Source: an uncultured Bacteroidales bacterium
Lineage (GTDB): Bacteria > Bacteroidota > Bacteroidia > Bacteroidales > Bacteroidaceae
Assembly: GCA_902763885.1 (NCBI GenBank)
Contig: CACWTU010000008.1
Location: forward strand, 66,427 to 130,426
Reading direction: 5' to 3'
Length of the DNA: 64,000 nucleotides
Position 1 is the first letter of the stretch; each line of letters starts with the position of its first letter. Below, one piece after another: positions 27,757-37,382 of this stretch. The position numbers and the translations under genes were made by a program. The notes beneath the pieces were generated by a model. The model saw only the letters and a list, made by a program, of their open reading frames with translations. It had not been told where the DNA came from and did no database searches.

Positions 27757-29094
27757 ATGAATACTTTCACAATAGGTGGTGTACACCCCGAACCCAATAA
27801 GCTTACGGCTGGCAAGAAGATAGAGACTTTGGGTTTGCCCAAGCAGGCTGTCTTCCCGCTGTCACAGCATATCGGAGCGCCGGCTGTACCCTGCGTGCAG
27901 AAAGGTGATACTGTACGTGTAGGAACCAGAATAGCTGAGCCTGGCGGTTTTATGTCGGCATCAATCCATTCATCGGTTTCCGGCAAGGTGGCTAAGATAG
28001 ACACAGTAGTCGATGCCAGCGGCCTGCGCAAACCTGCCATATTCATAGATGTGGAGGGTGATGAGTGGGAACCGTCAATAGACCGCACAGACACGCTTCT
28101 GCTTCAGAACAACCTGTCACGCGAGGAGATAATAGAGAAGATCAAGAATTCCGGTGTGGTAGGTATGGGCGGTGCCTGTTTCCCTACACATGTCAAGCTT
28201 TCTCCTCCAAAGGACTGCATGATAGACACTCTTATAATCAATGCTGTAGAGTGCGAGCCTTATCTTACGGCCGATCACCGTCTCATGCTGGAACATCCTG
28301 ATGAGATAATAGTAGGTATAAAGCTGATCCTGAAGGTTCTGGGCATAGACCACGCTGTCATAGGCGTTGAGACCAATAAACAGGATGCCATTGAACTGAT
28401 GAACTCAAAACTGTCAATGGTAAGCGGCATTGAGGTTATGTCTCTTAAGATGAAATATCCTCAGGGCGGTGAGAAACAGCTCATAGAGGCTGTTACGGGC
28501 CGTCAGGTTCCGCCACCTCCGGCACTGCCTGCCAATGTGGGTTGCGTGGTGCAGAACGTAGGAACCGTATATGCCATATATGAGGCCGTCATGAAGAACA
28601 AGCCTCTCATCGAACGTATTGTTACGGTTACAGGCAAGAGCGTCAAGAACCCATGCAACCTCAAGGTCCGTATGGGTACTCCGGTAAGCCAGCTGCTTGA
28701 GTATGCAGGCGGCATGCCTGAAGATACCGGCAAGTTGATTTCCGGCGGCCCGATGATGGGACGTCCGCTGCTGGATGAGACCGCTCCTGTGGTCAAGGGT
28801 ACATCGGGCATACTTATGATTCCCGAGAGCGAGGCTGCACGCCGTGAGGAACGCAACTGCATACGTTGCGCCAAGTGCGTCCAGGCCTGCCCTATGGGCT
28901 TGGAGCCTTATCTGCTTGCTACAGCATCAGAATCCGGTGATTGGGAGTGCGCTGAGGAGAACTGGATAATGAGTTGCATTGAGTGCGGATGCTGCCAGAG
29001 CACCTGCCCATCACGCCGTCCGCTGCTTGATTGGGTACGTCTGGCCAAGAACAGGGTGGGCGGAATTATCCGCGCACGTAACGCTAAGAATTAA
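27757..29094 (+). CDS. rnfC: Rnf electron transport complex subunit C
   Basis: GMGGACFPTHVKL nucleotide-binding motif plus CIRCAKCVQACP and CIECGCCQSTCPS clusters. 445 aa. Confidence 0.9.
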   Translation: MNTFTIGGVHPEPNKLTAGKKIETLGLPKQAVFPLSQHIGAPAVPCVQKGDTVRVGTRIAEPGGFMSASIHSSVSGKVAKIDTVVDASGLRKPAIFIDVEGDEWEPSIDRTDTLLLQNNLSREEIIEKIKNSGVVGMGGACFPTHVKLSPPKDCMIDTLIINAVECEPYLTADHRLMLEHPDEIIVGIKLILKVLGIDHAVIGVETNKQDAIELMNSKLSMVSGIEVMSLKMKYPQGGEKQLIEAVTGRQVPPPPALPANVGCVVQNVGTVYAIYEAVMKNKPLIERIVTVTGKSVKNPCNLKVRMGTPVSQLLEYAGGMPEDTGKLISGGPMMGRPLLDETAPVVKGTSGILMIPESEAARREERNCIRCAKCVQACPMGLEPYLLATASESGDWECAEENWIMSCIECGCCQSTCPSRRPLLDWVRLAKNRVGGIIRARNAKN

Positions 29095-29100
29095 GGAATT

Positions 29101-30087
29101 ATGGCTCAGAAACTACATATAACAACCTCACCGCATGTGCATTGCGGTGACACCATAGAGAGGAATATGCGCTGGGTGGTTTGGGCTCTTATGCCTGCAC
29201 TCATTGTATCGTTCTTTGTGTTTGGAGTGGGCGCGCTGATTGTGACCGCCACATCAGTACTGTCCTGCCTTTTCTTTGAATGGTTCATAACCAGGTTCAT
29301 ACTTAAGAGACCTTCTACACTGGGTGATTTGTCAGCTACCATAACAGGTATCCTGCTGGCATTCAACCTGCCGTCAAACATACCTCTTTTTATGATTGTG
29401 GTGGGTGCTCTGGTGGCTATCGGAATAGGCAAGATGGCGTTCGGAGGCCTTGGTAACAACCCGTTCAACCCCGCTCTTGTGGGCCGCGTGTTCCTGCTCA
29501 TATCATTCCCGGCCAAGATGACCTCATGGCCTGTTCCGGCCGGCATTGCTGCATCTTATATTGATGCCGAGACGGGTGCCACTCCTCTTAATCTGATTGG
29601 ACAGATAGCAGGAGGCAATACTGCAGCGGCCGATCAGCTGCCCAGCCTGGCCAACCTCTTCATCGGTAACACAGGCGGCTGCATAGGTGAGGTGAGTGCT
29701 CTGGTGCTGCTCATAGGCTTGGTTGTATTGCTTTGCGCCAAGGTTATAACATGGCATATTCCGGTAAGCATACTGAGTACGGTTGCTGTCCTTACCGGTC
29801 TTATGTGGCTTATCAATCCGGTGCTCTATGTCAACCCGCTCTATCATCTCTGCTCAGGCGGCCTCATGCTGGGTGCCATCTTTATGGCTACGGATTATGT
29901 GACATCGCCCATGACCCCCAAGGGTATGGTGTGGTATGGTATAGGAATAGGATTCCTCACGGTGATTATCCGTTATTTCGGTTCATATCCGGAGGGAATG
30001 TCATTCGCTATCCTGATCATGAATGCGGTTGTTCCGCTCATTAACAACTGGTGCAAACCTAAACGTTTCGGGGAGGCTGCAAAATGA
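29101..30087 (+). CDS. rnfD: Rnf electron transport complex subunit D
   Basis: Polytopic NqrB/RnfD-like protein with the FMATDYVTSP flavinylation-site motif. Confidence 0.9.
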   Translation: MAQKLHITTSPHVHCGDTIERNMRWVVWALMPALIVSFFVFGVGALIVTATSVLSCLFFEWFITRFILKRPSTLGDLSATITGILLAFNLPSNIPLFMIVVGALVAIGIGKMAFGGLGNNPFNPALVGRVFLLISFPAKMTSWPVPAGIAASYIDAETGATPLNLIGQIAGGNTAAADQLPSLANLFIGNTGGCIGEVSALVLLIGLVVLLCAKVITWHIPVSILSTVAVLTGLMWLINPVLYVNPLYHLCSGGLMLGAIFMATDYVTSPMTPKGMVWYGIGIGFLTVIIRYFGSYPEGMSFAILIMNAVVPLINNWCKPKRFGEAAK

Positions 30088-30755
30088 AGAAACTGCAATC
30101 AAACATACTGAATATGGCCTTGGTGCTCACCTTGATAGCAGTGGTTGCTGCGGGTGCGCTGGCTTGGGTCAACAATTTGACCAGCGGTCCCATTGAGGAG
30201 ATAAACAACCTGGCCATTGAGAACGGAATAAAGAGTGTCATACTGGGTGACCGTGATATCCGGTTTACGGTCGATAACCCCGTGGAGCAGGACGGATTCG
30301 TGTTCCACAGCGTGAATGACATGAACGGTAACCTGATAGGTACAGCCGTTGAATCTACTGACAAGAACGGATTCGGCGGTGCTCTTAAGGTGATGGTAGG
30401 ATTTGATCCTGAGGGTAAGATTCTGGGTTACACGGTGCTTGAGCACAGTGAGACTCCGGGACTGGGTGCTCAGGCTGACGGCTGGTTCCGCCAGGCAAGT
30501 GCTGAGGAAAAGGAGCAGTCTGGTGTGGCAGATGTCTTGCTGGGTGCTCCCGGCAAGCCCGGTAACCACAATATCATTGGAATGAACCCCGGTGATGATA
30601 TGATGATTGTAAGTAAGGATGGAGGTGATGTGGATGCCATCACAGCATCGACAATTACCTCTAAAGCATTCTTGCGTGCAGTGAACGCCGCCTATAAGGC
30701 CTTGTTCGGATATACTGCCGCCGATGCTGTGAGCGGAGCTTCATCACAGAACTAA
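30084..30755 (+). CDS. rnfG: Rnf electron transport complex subunit G (FMN-binding)
   Basis: 4-nt overlap with rnfD. Single N-terminal TM, ETPGLG motif, and DAITASTITSKAF FMN-attachment motif. Confidence 0.85.
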   Translation: MKKLQSNILNMALVLTLIAVVAAGALAWVNNLTSGPIEEINNLAIENGIKSVILGDRDIRFTVDNPVEQDGFVFHSVNDMNGNLIGTAVESTDKNGFGGALKVMVGFDPEGKILGYTVLEHSETPGLGAQADGWFRQASAEEKEQSGVADVLLGAPGKPGNHNIIGMNPGDDMMIVSKDGGDVDAITASTITSKAFLRAVNAAYKALFGYTAADAVSGASSQN

Positions 30756-30767
30756 ACAATTGCAGCG

Positions 30768-31358
30768 ATGAACTACTTCAAGACAATAATAAACGGAATA
30801 GTCAAGGAGAACCCCACTTTTGTTCTCCTGCTTGGAATGTGTCCCACTCTGGCTACAACCACATCGGCTGTAAACGGATTGGGAATGGGTGTGGCTACAA
30901 TGTTCGTGCTGATATGTTCCAATACGTTCATATCACTGCTTAAGAACATCATTCCCGATGGTGTGAGAATACCTTGTTATATAGTGGTAATAGCATCATT
31001 CGTGACTCTGCTCCAGATGCTCATGCAGGCCTATGTTCCTGACCTTTACAAGACGCTGGGTATTTTCATTCCTCTTATCGTTGTGAACTGCATCATTCTA
31101 GGACGTGCTGAGGCATTTGCCGCCAAGAACAATGTCCTGGCATCAATCTGTGACGGCATCGGTATAGGCATCGGCTTTACCGTGGCTCTTACCCTGCTTG
31201 GATTTGTACGTGAGCTGCTGGGCAACGGAGCCGTATTCGGTTACCGTATTTTCCCGGAGTCAATGAATATGCTGGTGTTTGTGCTTGCTCCCGGAGCGTT
31301 CATCACACTGGGTCTGCTTATGGCTATCGTCAATTCAGTAAAGAACCGTAAATCCTGA
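30768..31358 (+). CDS. rnfE: Rnf electron transport complex subunit E
   Basis: NPTFVLLLGMCPTLA and GRAEAFA motifs. 196 aa, NqrD/RnfE-like. Confidence 0.9.
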   Translation: MNYFKTIINGIVKENPTFVLLLGMCPTLATTTSAVNGLGMGVATMFVLICSNTFISLLKNIIPDGVRIPCYIVVIASFVTLLQMLMQAYVPDLYKTLGIFIPLIVVNCIILGRAEAFAAKNNVLASICDGIGIGIGFTVALTLLGFVRELLGNGAVFGYRIFPESMNMLVFVLAPGAFITLGLLMAIVNSVKNRKS

Positions 31359-31363
31359 ACACT

Positions 31364-31984
31364 ATGGAATATTTTCTGATATTCATCTCGGCTATATTCG
31401 TCAATAATATAGTGCTGTCCCAGTTCCTGGGCATCTGTCCGTTCCTGGGTGTCTCCAAGAAGATCAATACCGCTGCCGGTATGGGTGTGGCTGTCACATT
31501 CGTGCTCACGGTGGCCGTGATAGTTACATACGCACTACAGAATTGGGTGCTCAATCCTCTGGATCTGGGCTATCTGCAGACCATAGTGTTCATACTTGTG
31601 ATAGCCGGTCTGGTGCAGATGCTTGAGATGATACTCAAGAAGGTTTCACCTTCACTGTATCAGGCTCTGGGTATCTTCCTGCCGCTTATCACCACCAACT
31701 GCTGCATACTGGGCGTATCAATCATGGTGGCAAACGGCGTCTATAATGCACAGGGGCTTGAGCCTAACCTGCTTACCGGTGTGATTTATGCAATCGCCAC
31801 ATCAATAGGTTTCGCTCTGGCATTGATAATATTTGCCGGAATCCGCGAGCAGCTGGCCCGTGTACGTGTTCCCAAGAGCATGGAGGGCATGGCAATCGCT
31901 CTGATTACCGCCGGCCTGCTGGCTCTGGCGTTCATGGGATTCAGTGGCGTGGATCACGGCATAGCTGTGGCTGCCGGTTTGTAG
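31364..31984 (+). CDS. rnfA: Rnf electron transport complex subunit A
   Basis: NNIVLSQFLGICPFLGVS and LITTNCCILG motifs. NqrE/RnfA-like. Confidence 0.9.
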   Translation: MEYFLIFISAIFVNNIVLSQFLGICPFLGVSKKINTAAGMGVAVTFVLTVAVIVTYALQNWVLNPLDLGYLQTIVFILVIAGLVQMLEMILKKVSPSLYQALGIFLPLITTNCCILGVSIMVANGVYNAQGLEPNLLTGVIYAIATSIGFALALIIFAGIREQLARVRVPKSMEGMAIALITAGLLALAFMGFSGVDHGIAVAAGL

Positions 31985-31995
31985 AAACTTTCAAT

Positions 31996-32024
31996 GGCGC
32001 AAAGGGGACTGTCCCTAATGTGTC
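31996..32024. repeat. degenerate GGGAC-N-GTCCC palindromic element (ggcgcaaaggggactgtccctaatgtgtc)
   Basis: Shares the core and the gtccctaatgtg flank with the element at 22966-22996. The outer stem is imperfect and an A-run follows. Confidence 0.5.
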
Positions 32025-32041
32025 AAAAAAATAATTGAAAT

Positions 32042-34654
32042 ATGAGAATTACAGGAGTTTGTTTTTCAGCTTTAAGTTTGTTGGTGGCTGCCTGCGGAGG
32101 CGGCGCACCTGCTGACGGTACCCAGTTGGCAAATGGCAAATATACTGCCGATGCCCTTAACGTAGAGAGTACCATTACTGCTACTGTGACCATCAAGGGT
32201 CATAAGATTTCTTCAATTAGCATCAAGGACAACGGTTCTACGTATGCACAGTACACTTCACCGTATGAGTCGCTTATAAAGCCTATAATTGAAGCTCAGA
32301 GCACCGACGTTGATGGCGTTACAGGCGCCACATACTCATCGGATGCCGTAAAGAAGGCTGTGGATATTGCTCTTGCCCAGGCCCGTGGTGAGAAACCTGT
32401 TCCCGCCAAGAATGCTGTCCTGGCTTTCACTCCCGGCACATATACCGGCAGTGGTAAGGGTTACGGCGGTCAGATTCAAGCCCGTGTTACTTTCAGTGAG
32501 ACAGGTATTACCGATATCCGCGTGGGCCAGCAGCGTGAGACCGCTCATGTGGGTGATGTGGCTTTGCAGACACTTCCGGCTAAGATTATTGCTGCAAACG
32601 GTCTTAATGTGGATGCCGTATCGGGCGCCACAATGTCAAGCTTCGGCCTTAAGGAGGCTGTTCTGGATGCTGCTGATCAGGCTGGCGTAACCAATCGTAA
32701 AGCCTTTATTGATAATACAGTAAAAAGTACACCGAGTGCTCCCATTGAGGATACCTGGGATGTTGTGGTAGTAGGTGGCGGTGGTGCAGGTCTCTGCGCT
32801 GCGGCACAGGCTGCACAGGACGGAAGCACTGTCCTTATCATTGAGAAGAACGCTGAGCTGGGTGGTAATACCCTTGTATCAGGCGGTGTATATCAGTCTG
32901 TTGACCACAGTCTGGTATGGGACATCAATAATCCTAAAGCCACTAGCGCCAAGGGATTTGACGGCAGGATGCACAATAAGGTCCGTGCCACGGTGGGTTG
33001 TGTAAATGACCTAAAGGTGATATATGGCTGGAGTGAGGCTCCGTTTGATGCATCATACTATAAGGATCATGAGTTTGTGGCCGGTGATATTGAGGAACTC
33101 TCCAAGCACGGTGTCCATCCTGAGTATCTCTCAACCCTGCAGGAGCTCAAGAAAGAGATAAAGGCTTATCTGGACTATGCTGAGCCTCAGCTCCAGAAGG
33201 GTGTGCCTGAGAACCAGCTCTTGCTGTTTTCAACCACCAATCTGCATATCTTCCAGACCTACTATGGCGGTCTACGTCAGAACACAGCAAAGGATGAGTG
33301 GATTTACGGTGACTATGACCTGGTTAAGCAGTTCGTTGTTGAAGGTGAGCAGCTCAAACCCTGGCTCATGGAGATGGGCGTAGGTTTCAGTGACAGCCAG
33401 TCAACTCTGGTAGGTGCCCTGTGGTATCGCGGTAACACCATGAACGGTTGTACTGCCGATGCTGACGGTGACGGTACAACAGAGCGCTATTCAGGCAACT
33501 GGGGCTCATACGTCATGGCTCCTCTGGCAGTGGTCAACAACGCCAGCAAGCACAACCGTGTGATGAGGGAGACCAGTGCCAATGAACTGATATTCGAGAA
33601 CGGCCGCGTGACAGGTGTCAAGGCTAAGATGGCCGATGGCACAGAGGTTACCGCTCACGCCAAGAAGGGGGTCATCATAGCTACCGGCGGATATGCTGCA
33701 AACATCCAGAAGGTACTCAAGACCAACAAGTACTGGTCACGCCAGTATCTTTCACCCAACATCGGTACCACCAACCGTTCATCATTGCGTGGTGACGGTA
33801 TTGATATGGCAGAGAAGGTGGGCGCTGCAACAGTGGGCGAGGGCTATACACAGCTCATGCCTCTGGGTTACATAGCCGATGGTGCAATCGCATTTGGCGG
33901 TGTAGAGAACGCCATCTTCATCAGCCCCAAGACCGGTAAACGCTATGTCGATGAGTGCTCAGAGCGTGATGTACTCTCTCTGAACGGCTTCAAACACGGA
34001 ATAGACCTTAAGGGCAGACGCGGTGTTTACTTCTACATCACACCGGGCTTTGGCGGATTCGGAGGTGGATTCGGCGGCGGATTCGGCGGATTCGGCGGCG
34101 GTGGATTCGGCGGATTCGGCGGCGGTGCTCCTGGTGGCAACACGCAGGCCAATGCCAATGCGACAGCAGTCCCTGTGCGCCGTTTCAACGGACGTGACTG
34201 GAGCGGCCGTGCATCGGAACTGCCTGATTTCTTCAAGGAGTTAGGTATTGAGCTTGATGCCGAGACCGTAAAGAACAGCATTCGTGAGTATGATATGGCT
34301 GTTATGGAAGGCCGTGAGCCTGAGGGTGTAGGCAAACGTCACGCCACCAGTCTGATAGGAAGCGCACGCCGTGGTGCCGACGGTCAGTATGACAAGTCAA
34401 CCTATAACATTGACGATGCCAACCTGACCATCCGCGTGCTTGCTCCTTCAACCCACCACACAATGGGTGGTCTTAAGATTGACCTGGACCGCCGCGTTCT
34501 GGATACCAACGGCAAGGCAATCCCCGGCCTCTATGCCGCAGGTGAGGTTACCGGCGGATTCTTCGGCGGCAACCGTCTGGGCGGTAACGCCCTCACCGAG
34601 TGCATGGCCTCCGGCCGCATCGCCGCCAAGGGTGTTGCAAAAGACAACAATTAA
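32042..34654 (+). CDS. exported lipoprotein flavin reductase: two FMN_bind domains plus an FAD-dependent fumarate/urocanate-reductase-like (FAD_binding_2) domain
   Basis: Lipobox LLVAACGGG. FMN-attachment motifs DGVTGATYSS and DAVSGATMSS. Dinucleotide fold VVVVGGGGAGLCAAAQAAQDG..IEKNAELGGNT. C-terminal HHTMGGLKID and GLYAAGEVTGG...GGNAL. Carries a Gly/Phe-rich insert. Confidence 0.8.
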   Translation: MRITGVCFSALSLLVAACGGGAPADGTQLANGKYTADALNVESTITATVTIKGHKISSISIKDNGSTYAQYTSPYESLIKPIIEAQSTDVDGVTGATYSSDAVKKAVDIALAQARGEKPVPAKNAVLAFTPGTYTGSGKGYGGQIQARVTFSETGITDIRVGQQRETAHVGDVALQTLPAKIIAANGLNVDAVSGATMSSFGLKEAVLDAADQAGVTNRKAFIDNTVKSTPSAPIEDTWDVVVVGGGGAGLCAAAQAAQDGSTVLIIEKNAELGGNTLVSGGVYQSVDHSLVWDINNPKATSAKGFDGRMHNKVRATVGCVNDLKVIYGWSEAPFDASYYKDHEFVAGDIEELSKHGVHPEYLSTLQELKKEIKAYLDYAEPQLQKGVPENQLLLFSTTNLHIFQTYYGGLRQNTAKDEWIYGDYDLVKQFVVEGEQLKPWLMEMGVGFSDSQSTLVGALWYRGNTMNGCTADADGDGTTERYSGNWGSYVMAPLAVVNNASKHNRVMRETSANELIFENGRVTGVKAKMADGTEVTAHAKKGVIIATGGYAANIQKVLKTNKYWSRQYLSPNIGTTNRSSLRGDGIDMAEKVGAATVGEGYTQLMPLGYIADGAIAFGGVENAIFISPKTGKRYVDECSERDVLSLNGFKHGIDLKGRRGVYFYITPGFGGFGGGFGGGFGGFGGGGFGGFGGGAPGGNTQANANATAVPVRRFNGRDWSGRASELPDFFKELGIELDAETVKNSIREYDMAVMEGREPEGVGKRHATSLIGSARRGADGQYDKSTYNIDDANLTIRVLAPSTHHTMGGLKIDLDRRVLDTNGKAIPGLYAAGEVTGGFFGGNRLGGNALTECMASGRIAAKGVAKDNN

Positions 34655-34677
34655 CTGAAATAATTCTTTATGAATGA

Positions 34678-34708
34678 CAAAGGGAGGCTCTGCGTAGAGC
34701 CTCCCTTT
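34678..34708. terminator. bidirectional hairpin aaagggaggctc-N6-gagcctcccttt
   Basis: 12-bp perfect stem between the convergent reductase (+) and nuclease (-) genes. Confidence 0.7.
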
Positions 34709-34724
34709 CTTTATAGCATTATTT

Positions 34725-35501
34725 TTATCTCGTCCAGATGGTTCTGTCTATTGAATCCTCCACTTTTTCCTCTATGCTGTCGTCCAGGCCGGGGAATAGG
34801 TCCATTCCTATCAGCGTTTCAATTTCATTGACCGTGCACCAGTAATCCTCTGGCTGATGGTGTGTGGCCTCGTTTGGTAGAACCATTGCAATGCTCTGGT
34901 ACTTGCCGTTGGCCTTGATCAGGAACGCTTTGAAGAATGCATCGGGTATCACAACCTTGTGGTCTCCCAGAGTGCCGTATTTGTTTGTGCCGATGACTGG
35001 TCCGCACACTATATACACGCTGCCATATCGCTTGGCCATTCGGCGGGCCAGGCTCTCGGTTGTGGCCCAATCGCCTCTGTTAAGGGTGCCGTTCTGCGGG
35101 CAGATGTTACTCATGTAGAAGCTCTCCTCATACGCCTGGCTGGACCATTTCATGTCTGCCTTGGGGGCCATGTGACCTCGCTGCCAGCCGTCATTGTTTC
35201 TGTAATCCTCGCGGTAGGCGGTGCGCTTCCCGTTAGTCTCAGGGTCCCAGCGGAAACTATCATTCCCTCTTTCCGGATTAGACGGGTTAGCCTCATCGGC
35301 CGTAAGCTCATATGCCACCCAGTCCGGAATCAGAGTCTCGCGGTTGTACAGCGTGGCATACCCGGTATGTACAAACACCTCCTGTCCGTAATTCACCGCA
35401 GGCCACTCTAACGGCTGGCCCAGCTGCTGTGGGCTGCTCTGTCCGCAGGCATTAAGGCTTAGGCAGAATAGGGCACTTAGTATGATTGCAGATTGTTTCA
35501 T
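34725..35501 (-). CDS. DNA/RNA non-specific endonuclease (NucA/EndoG-like), lipoprotein
   Basis: ORF 34725..35834, trimmed to MKQSAIILSALFCLSLNACGQ at 35501. Active-site motif WQRGHMAPKADM, and NICPQ downstream. Confidence 0.85.
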   Translation of the reverse strand: MKQSAIILSALFCLSLNACGQSSPQQLGQPLEWPAVNYGQEVFVHTGYATLYNRETLIPDWVAYELTADEANPSNPERGNDSFRWDPETNGKRTAYREDYRNNDGWQRGHMAPKADMKWSSQAYEESFYMSNICPQNGTLNRGDWATTESLARRMAKRYGSVYIVCGPVIGTNKYGTLGDHKVVIPDAFFKAFLIKANGKYQSIAMVLPNEATHHQPEDYWCTVNEIETLIGMDLFPGLDDSIEEKVEDSIDRTIWTR

Positions 35502-35618
35502 AGTCCTCTTTTTACAACCGTCAAAGTTACGAAAAGGTTTGTGTAAATGTAGGGTGATTATGTATTTGTGAAATAGGCAGATTTTATATAAGTTTGTGTC
35601 GTAATTAAAAGCAGTGAG

Positions 35619-36542
35619 ATGATAGCATTTCCGAACGCTAAGATAAACATAGGACTCAATGTCGTGGCAAAACGTGATGATGGGTACCACGACATTGAGA
35701 CTGTGTTCTATCCGGTGCTGTTGCAGGATGCGCTGGAGGTAAAGCCTATGCGTCCGCTTGATCCGGCGCAGTTGCGTAAGCGTCTTGAGGCTGGGCTTCT
35801 GGTTCAGCCTGATGATGTTTTCCTGCCTTACCATCGTCTTTTCCGCAAGAAGGAGGATATCCCATGCTGCTCACTTGAGATGACGGGTAATGAGTTTCCG
35901 TTCAAGGCGGCCGATAATCTGGTTGTCAAGGCTTATCTGCTTCTGCAGCAGGATTTTGACTTGCCGTCAATTGATATCAAACTGCACAAGCATATTCCAT
36001 CGGGAGCAGGCTTGGGCGGTGGCTCATCGGACTGTGCGTTCATGATATCGCTTTTGAACCGCAGGTTTAATTTGCGCATGCGTGATAGCATGATGGAACG
36101 TTATGCCGCACGTTTGGGTTCTGACTGCGCATTCTTTATATCCAACACTCCATCCATCGCCATGGGTAGGGGTGAGATTCTCAATCCTATCAGCCTCTCA
36201 CTCAAAGGTTACACCATTCTGCTGGTCAAGCCCGATGTATCCGTCAGTACGGCCGAGGCTTACGCATCGCTTACTCCAAAACAGCCTGAGATTCCGCTTG
36301 CAGAGGCAATAAAGCGTCCGGTGGCTGAGTGGAAGGATTGCGTGTTCAATGACTTTGAGACTACGGTCTTTGCCAAGTATCCGCTTCTGGCTGATATAAA
36401 GCAGAAGCTGTACTCAATGGGTGCTGTCTATGCGGCAATGTCCGGTTCAGGTTCTACGGTTTATGGCTTGTTCCGTGCACCGATAGACAATCCTGCTGAC
36501 ATATTCCCTGATATGTTTACCTGCCAACGTGAGATGGCATAA
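35619..36542 (+). CDS. ispE: 4-(cytidine 5'-diphospho)-2-C-methyl-D-erythritol kinase
   Basis: MIAFPNAKINIGLNVVAKRDDGYHDIETVF N-terminus and GHMP kinase motif IPSGAGLGGGSSDCA. Confidence 0.85.
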   Translation: MIAFPNAKINIGLNVVAKRDDGYHDIETVFYPVLLQDALEVKPMRPLDPAQLRKRLEAGLLVQPDDVFLPYHRLFRKKEDIPCCSLEMTGNEFPFKAADNLVVKAYLLLQQDFDLPSIDIKLHKHIPSGAGLGGGSSDCAFMISLLNRRFNLRMRDSMMERYAARLGSDCAFFISNTPSIAMGRGEILNPISLSLKGYTILLVKPDVSVSTAEAYASLTPKQPEIPLAEAIKRPVAEWKDCVFNDFETTVFAKYPLLADIKQKLYSMGAVYAAMSGSGSTVYGLFRAPIDNPADIFPDMFTCQREMA

Positions 36543-36552
36543 ATAAGTTGAT

Positions 36553-37275
36553 ATGGAACGGTTTAATCACTTGACAAATAGAGGCCTAAAGCACTGTCTG
36601 ATGGTGGCGTTGCTCTTGCTTTTATATGTTCCTTCATCATTCTCCCAATCTGCAAACGCTCTCTATCTTAAGGACGGAAGCAGAATTATAGGGTATGTGC
36701 TGAATTTGGATTCTGTGGGCGTTGTTTCAATGCGTACAACTGAGGGAGAGATGGTTACAGTTCCTATGTCTAATGTGGACAACATCAATTGGTCATATGA
36801 GATTAAGCAGTCAGGCGTAGGCGCCATCTACAGATATGCCGACAGGTTCCGTTGGGTTTATAACAATGAAGATCTGTCTGACCGTAATTATGAGAGGTTC
36901 TTTGATGATGATCTGTATCATGCGTATATCACGGGCAGCAACCTGTTTAATTTAGGAGGAGCCTGCTGGTTGTACAGTGTGGCATGCCTGGCATTTGCTA
37001 TCTGGACATTTGAGCCCGGAGCCGATTCTCAGAGCTCCTCATTCTTTGTATATACGGCAGGAGCCGGTGTGCTGGCCTGTCTGGGTGGCGTGTTTACCAA
37101 GATGGGCAAGAAACGGCTTAACTGGGTTGAGAGGACATTCAACAGTCAGAATGCCGCTGATAATGAAATATCATATTCATCAGGCATACTGAACTCCGTC
37201 AAATTGAATCCTTCAATAATGCTTACTGCCCAGCGTGATATATCTTTCGGCGCAACTTTGAGCTTTACTTTCTGA
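36553..37275 (+). CDS. hypothetical membrane protein
   Basis: 240-aa ORF with a signal/TM segment at the N-terminus and two hydrophobic helices in the C-terminal half. No recognisable motif. Confidence 0.45.
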   Translation: MERFNHLTNRGLKHCLMVALLLLLYVPSSFSQSANALYLKDGSRIIGYVLNLDSVGVVSMRTTEGEMVTVPMSNVDNINWSYEIKQSGVGAIYRYADRFRWVYNNEDLSDRNYERFFDDDLYHAYITGSNLFNLGGACWLYSVACLAFAIWTFEPGADSQSSSFFVYTAGAGVLACLGGVFTKMGKKRLNWVERTFNSQNAADNEISYSSGILNSVKLNPSIMLTAQRDISFGATLSFTF

Positions 37276-37355
37276 TAGAATAGCTCTGTTTAGGATTGTT
37301 GAAAACAGGGGGATAATATGCCTCCTGTTTTTTTATTTGTGGCAGGGCAAACTTT

Positions 37356-37363
37356 TACCTTTG
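37356..37363 (+). promoter_or_regulatory. candidate -7 promoter element TACCTTTG for dnaB
   Basis: TAnnTTTG match 20 nt upstream of the ATG. Confidence 0.4.
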
Positions 37364-37382
37364 TACCGGAAGAAAAAAGAAT

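Noticed and set aside
34033-34335. 100-aa minus-strand ORF rich in PPNPPN repeats, plus the + frame ORF 34023..34244.
   Set aside because: This is the antisense or off-frame reading of the GGCGGATTC repeat that encodes the Gly/Phe insert of the reductase. It is not an independent gene.
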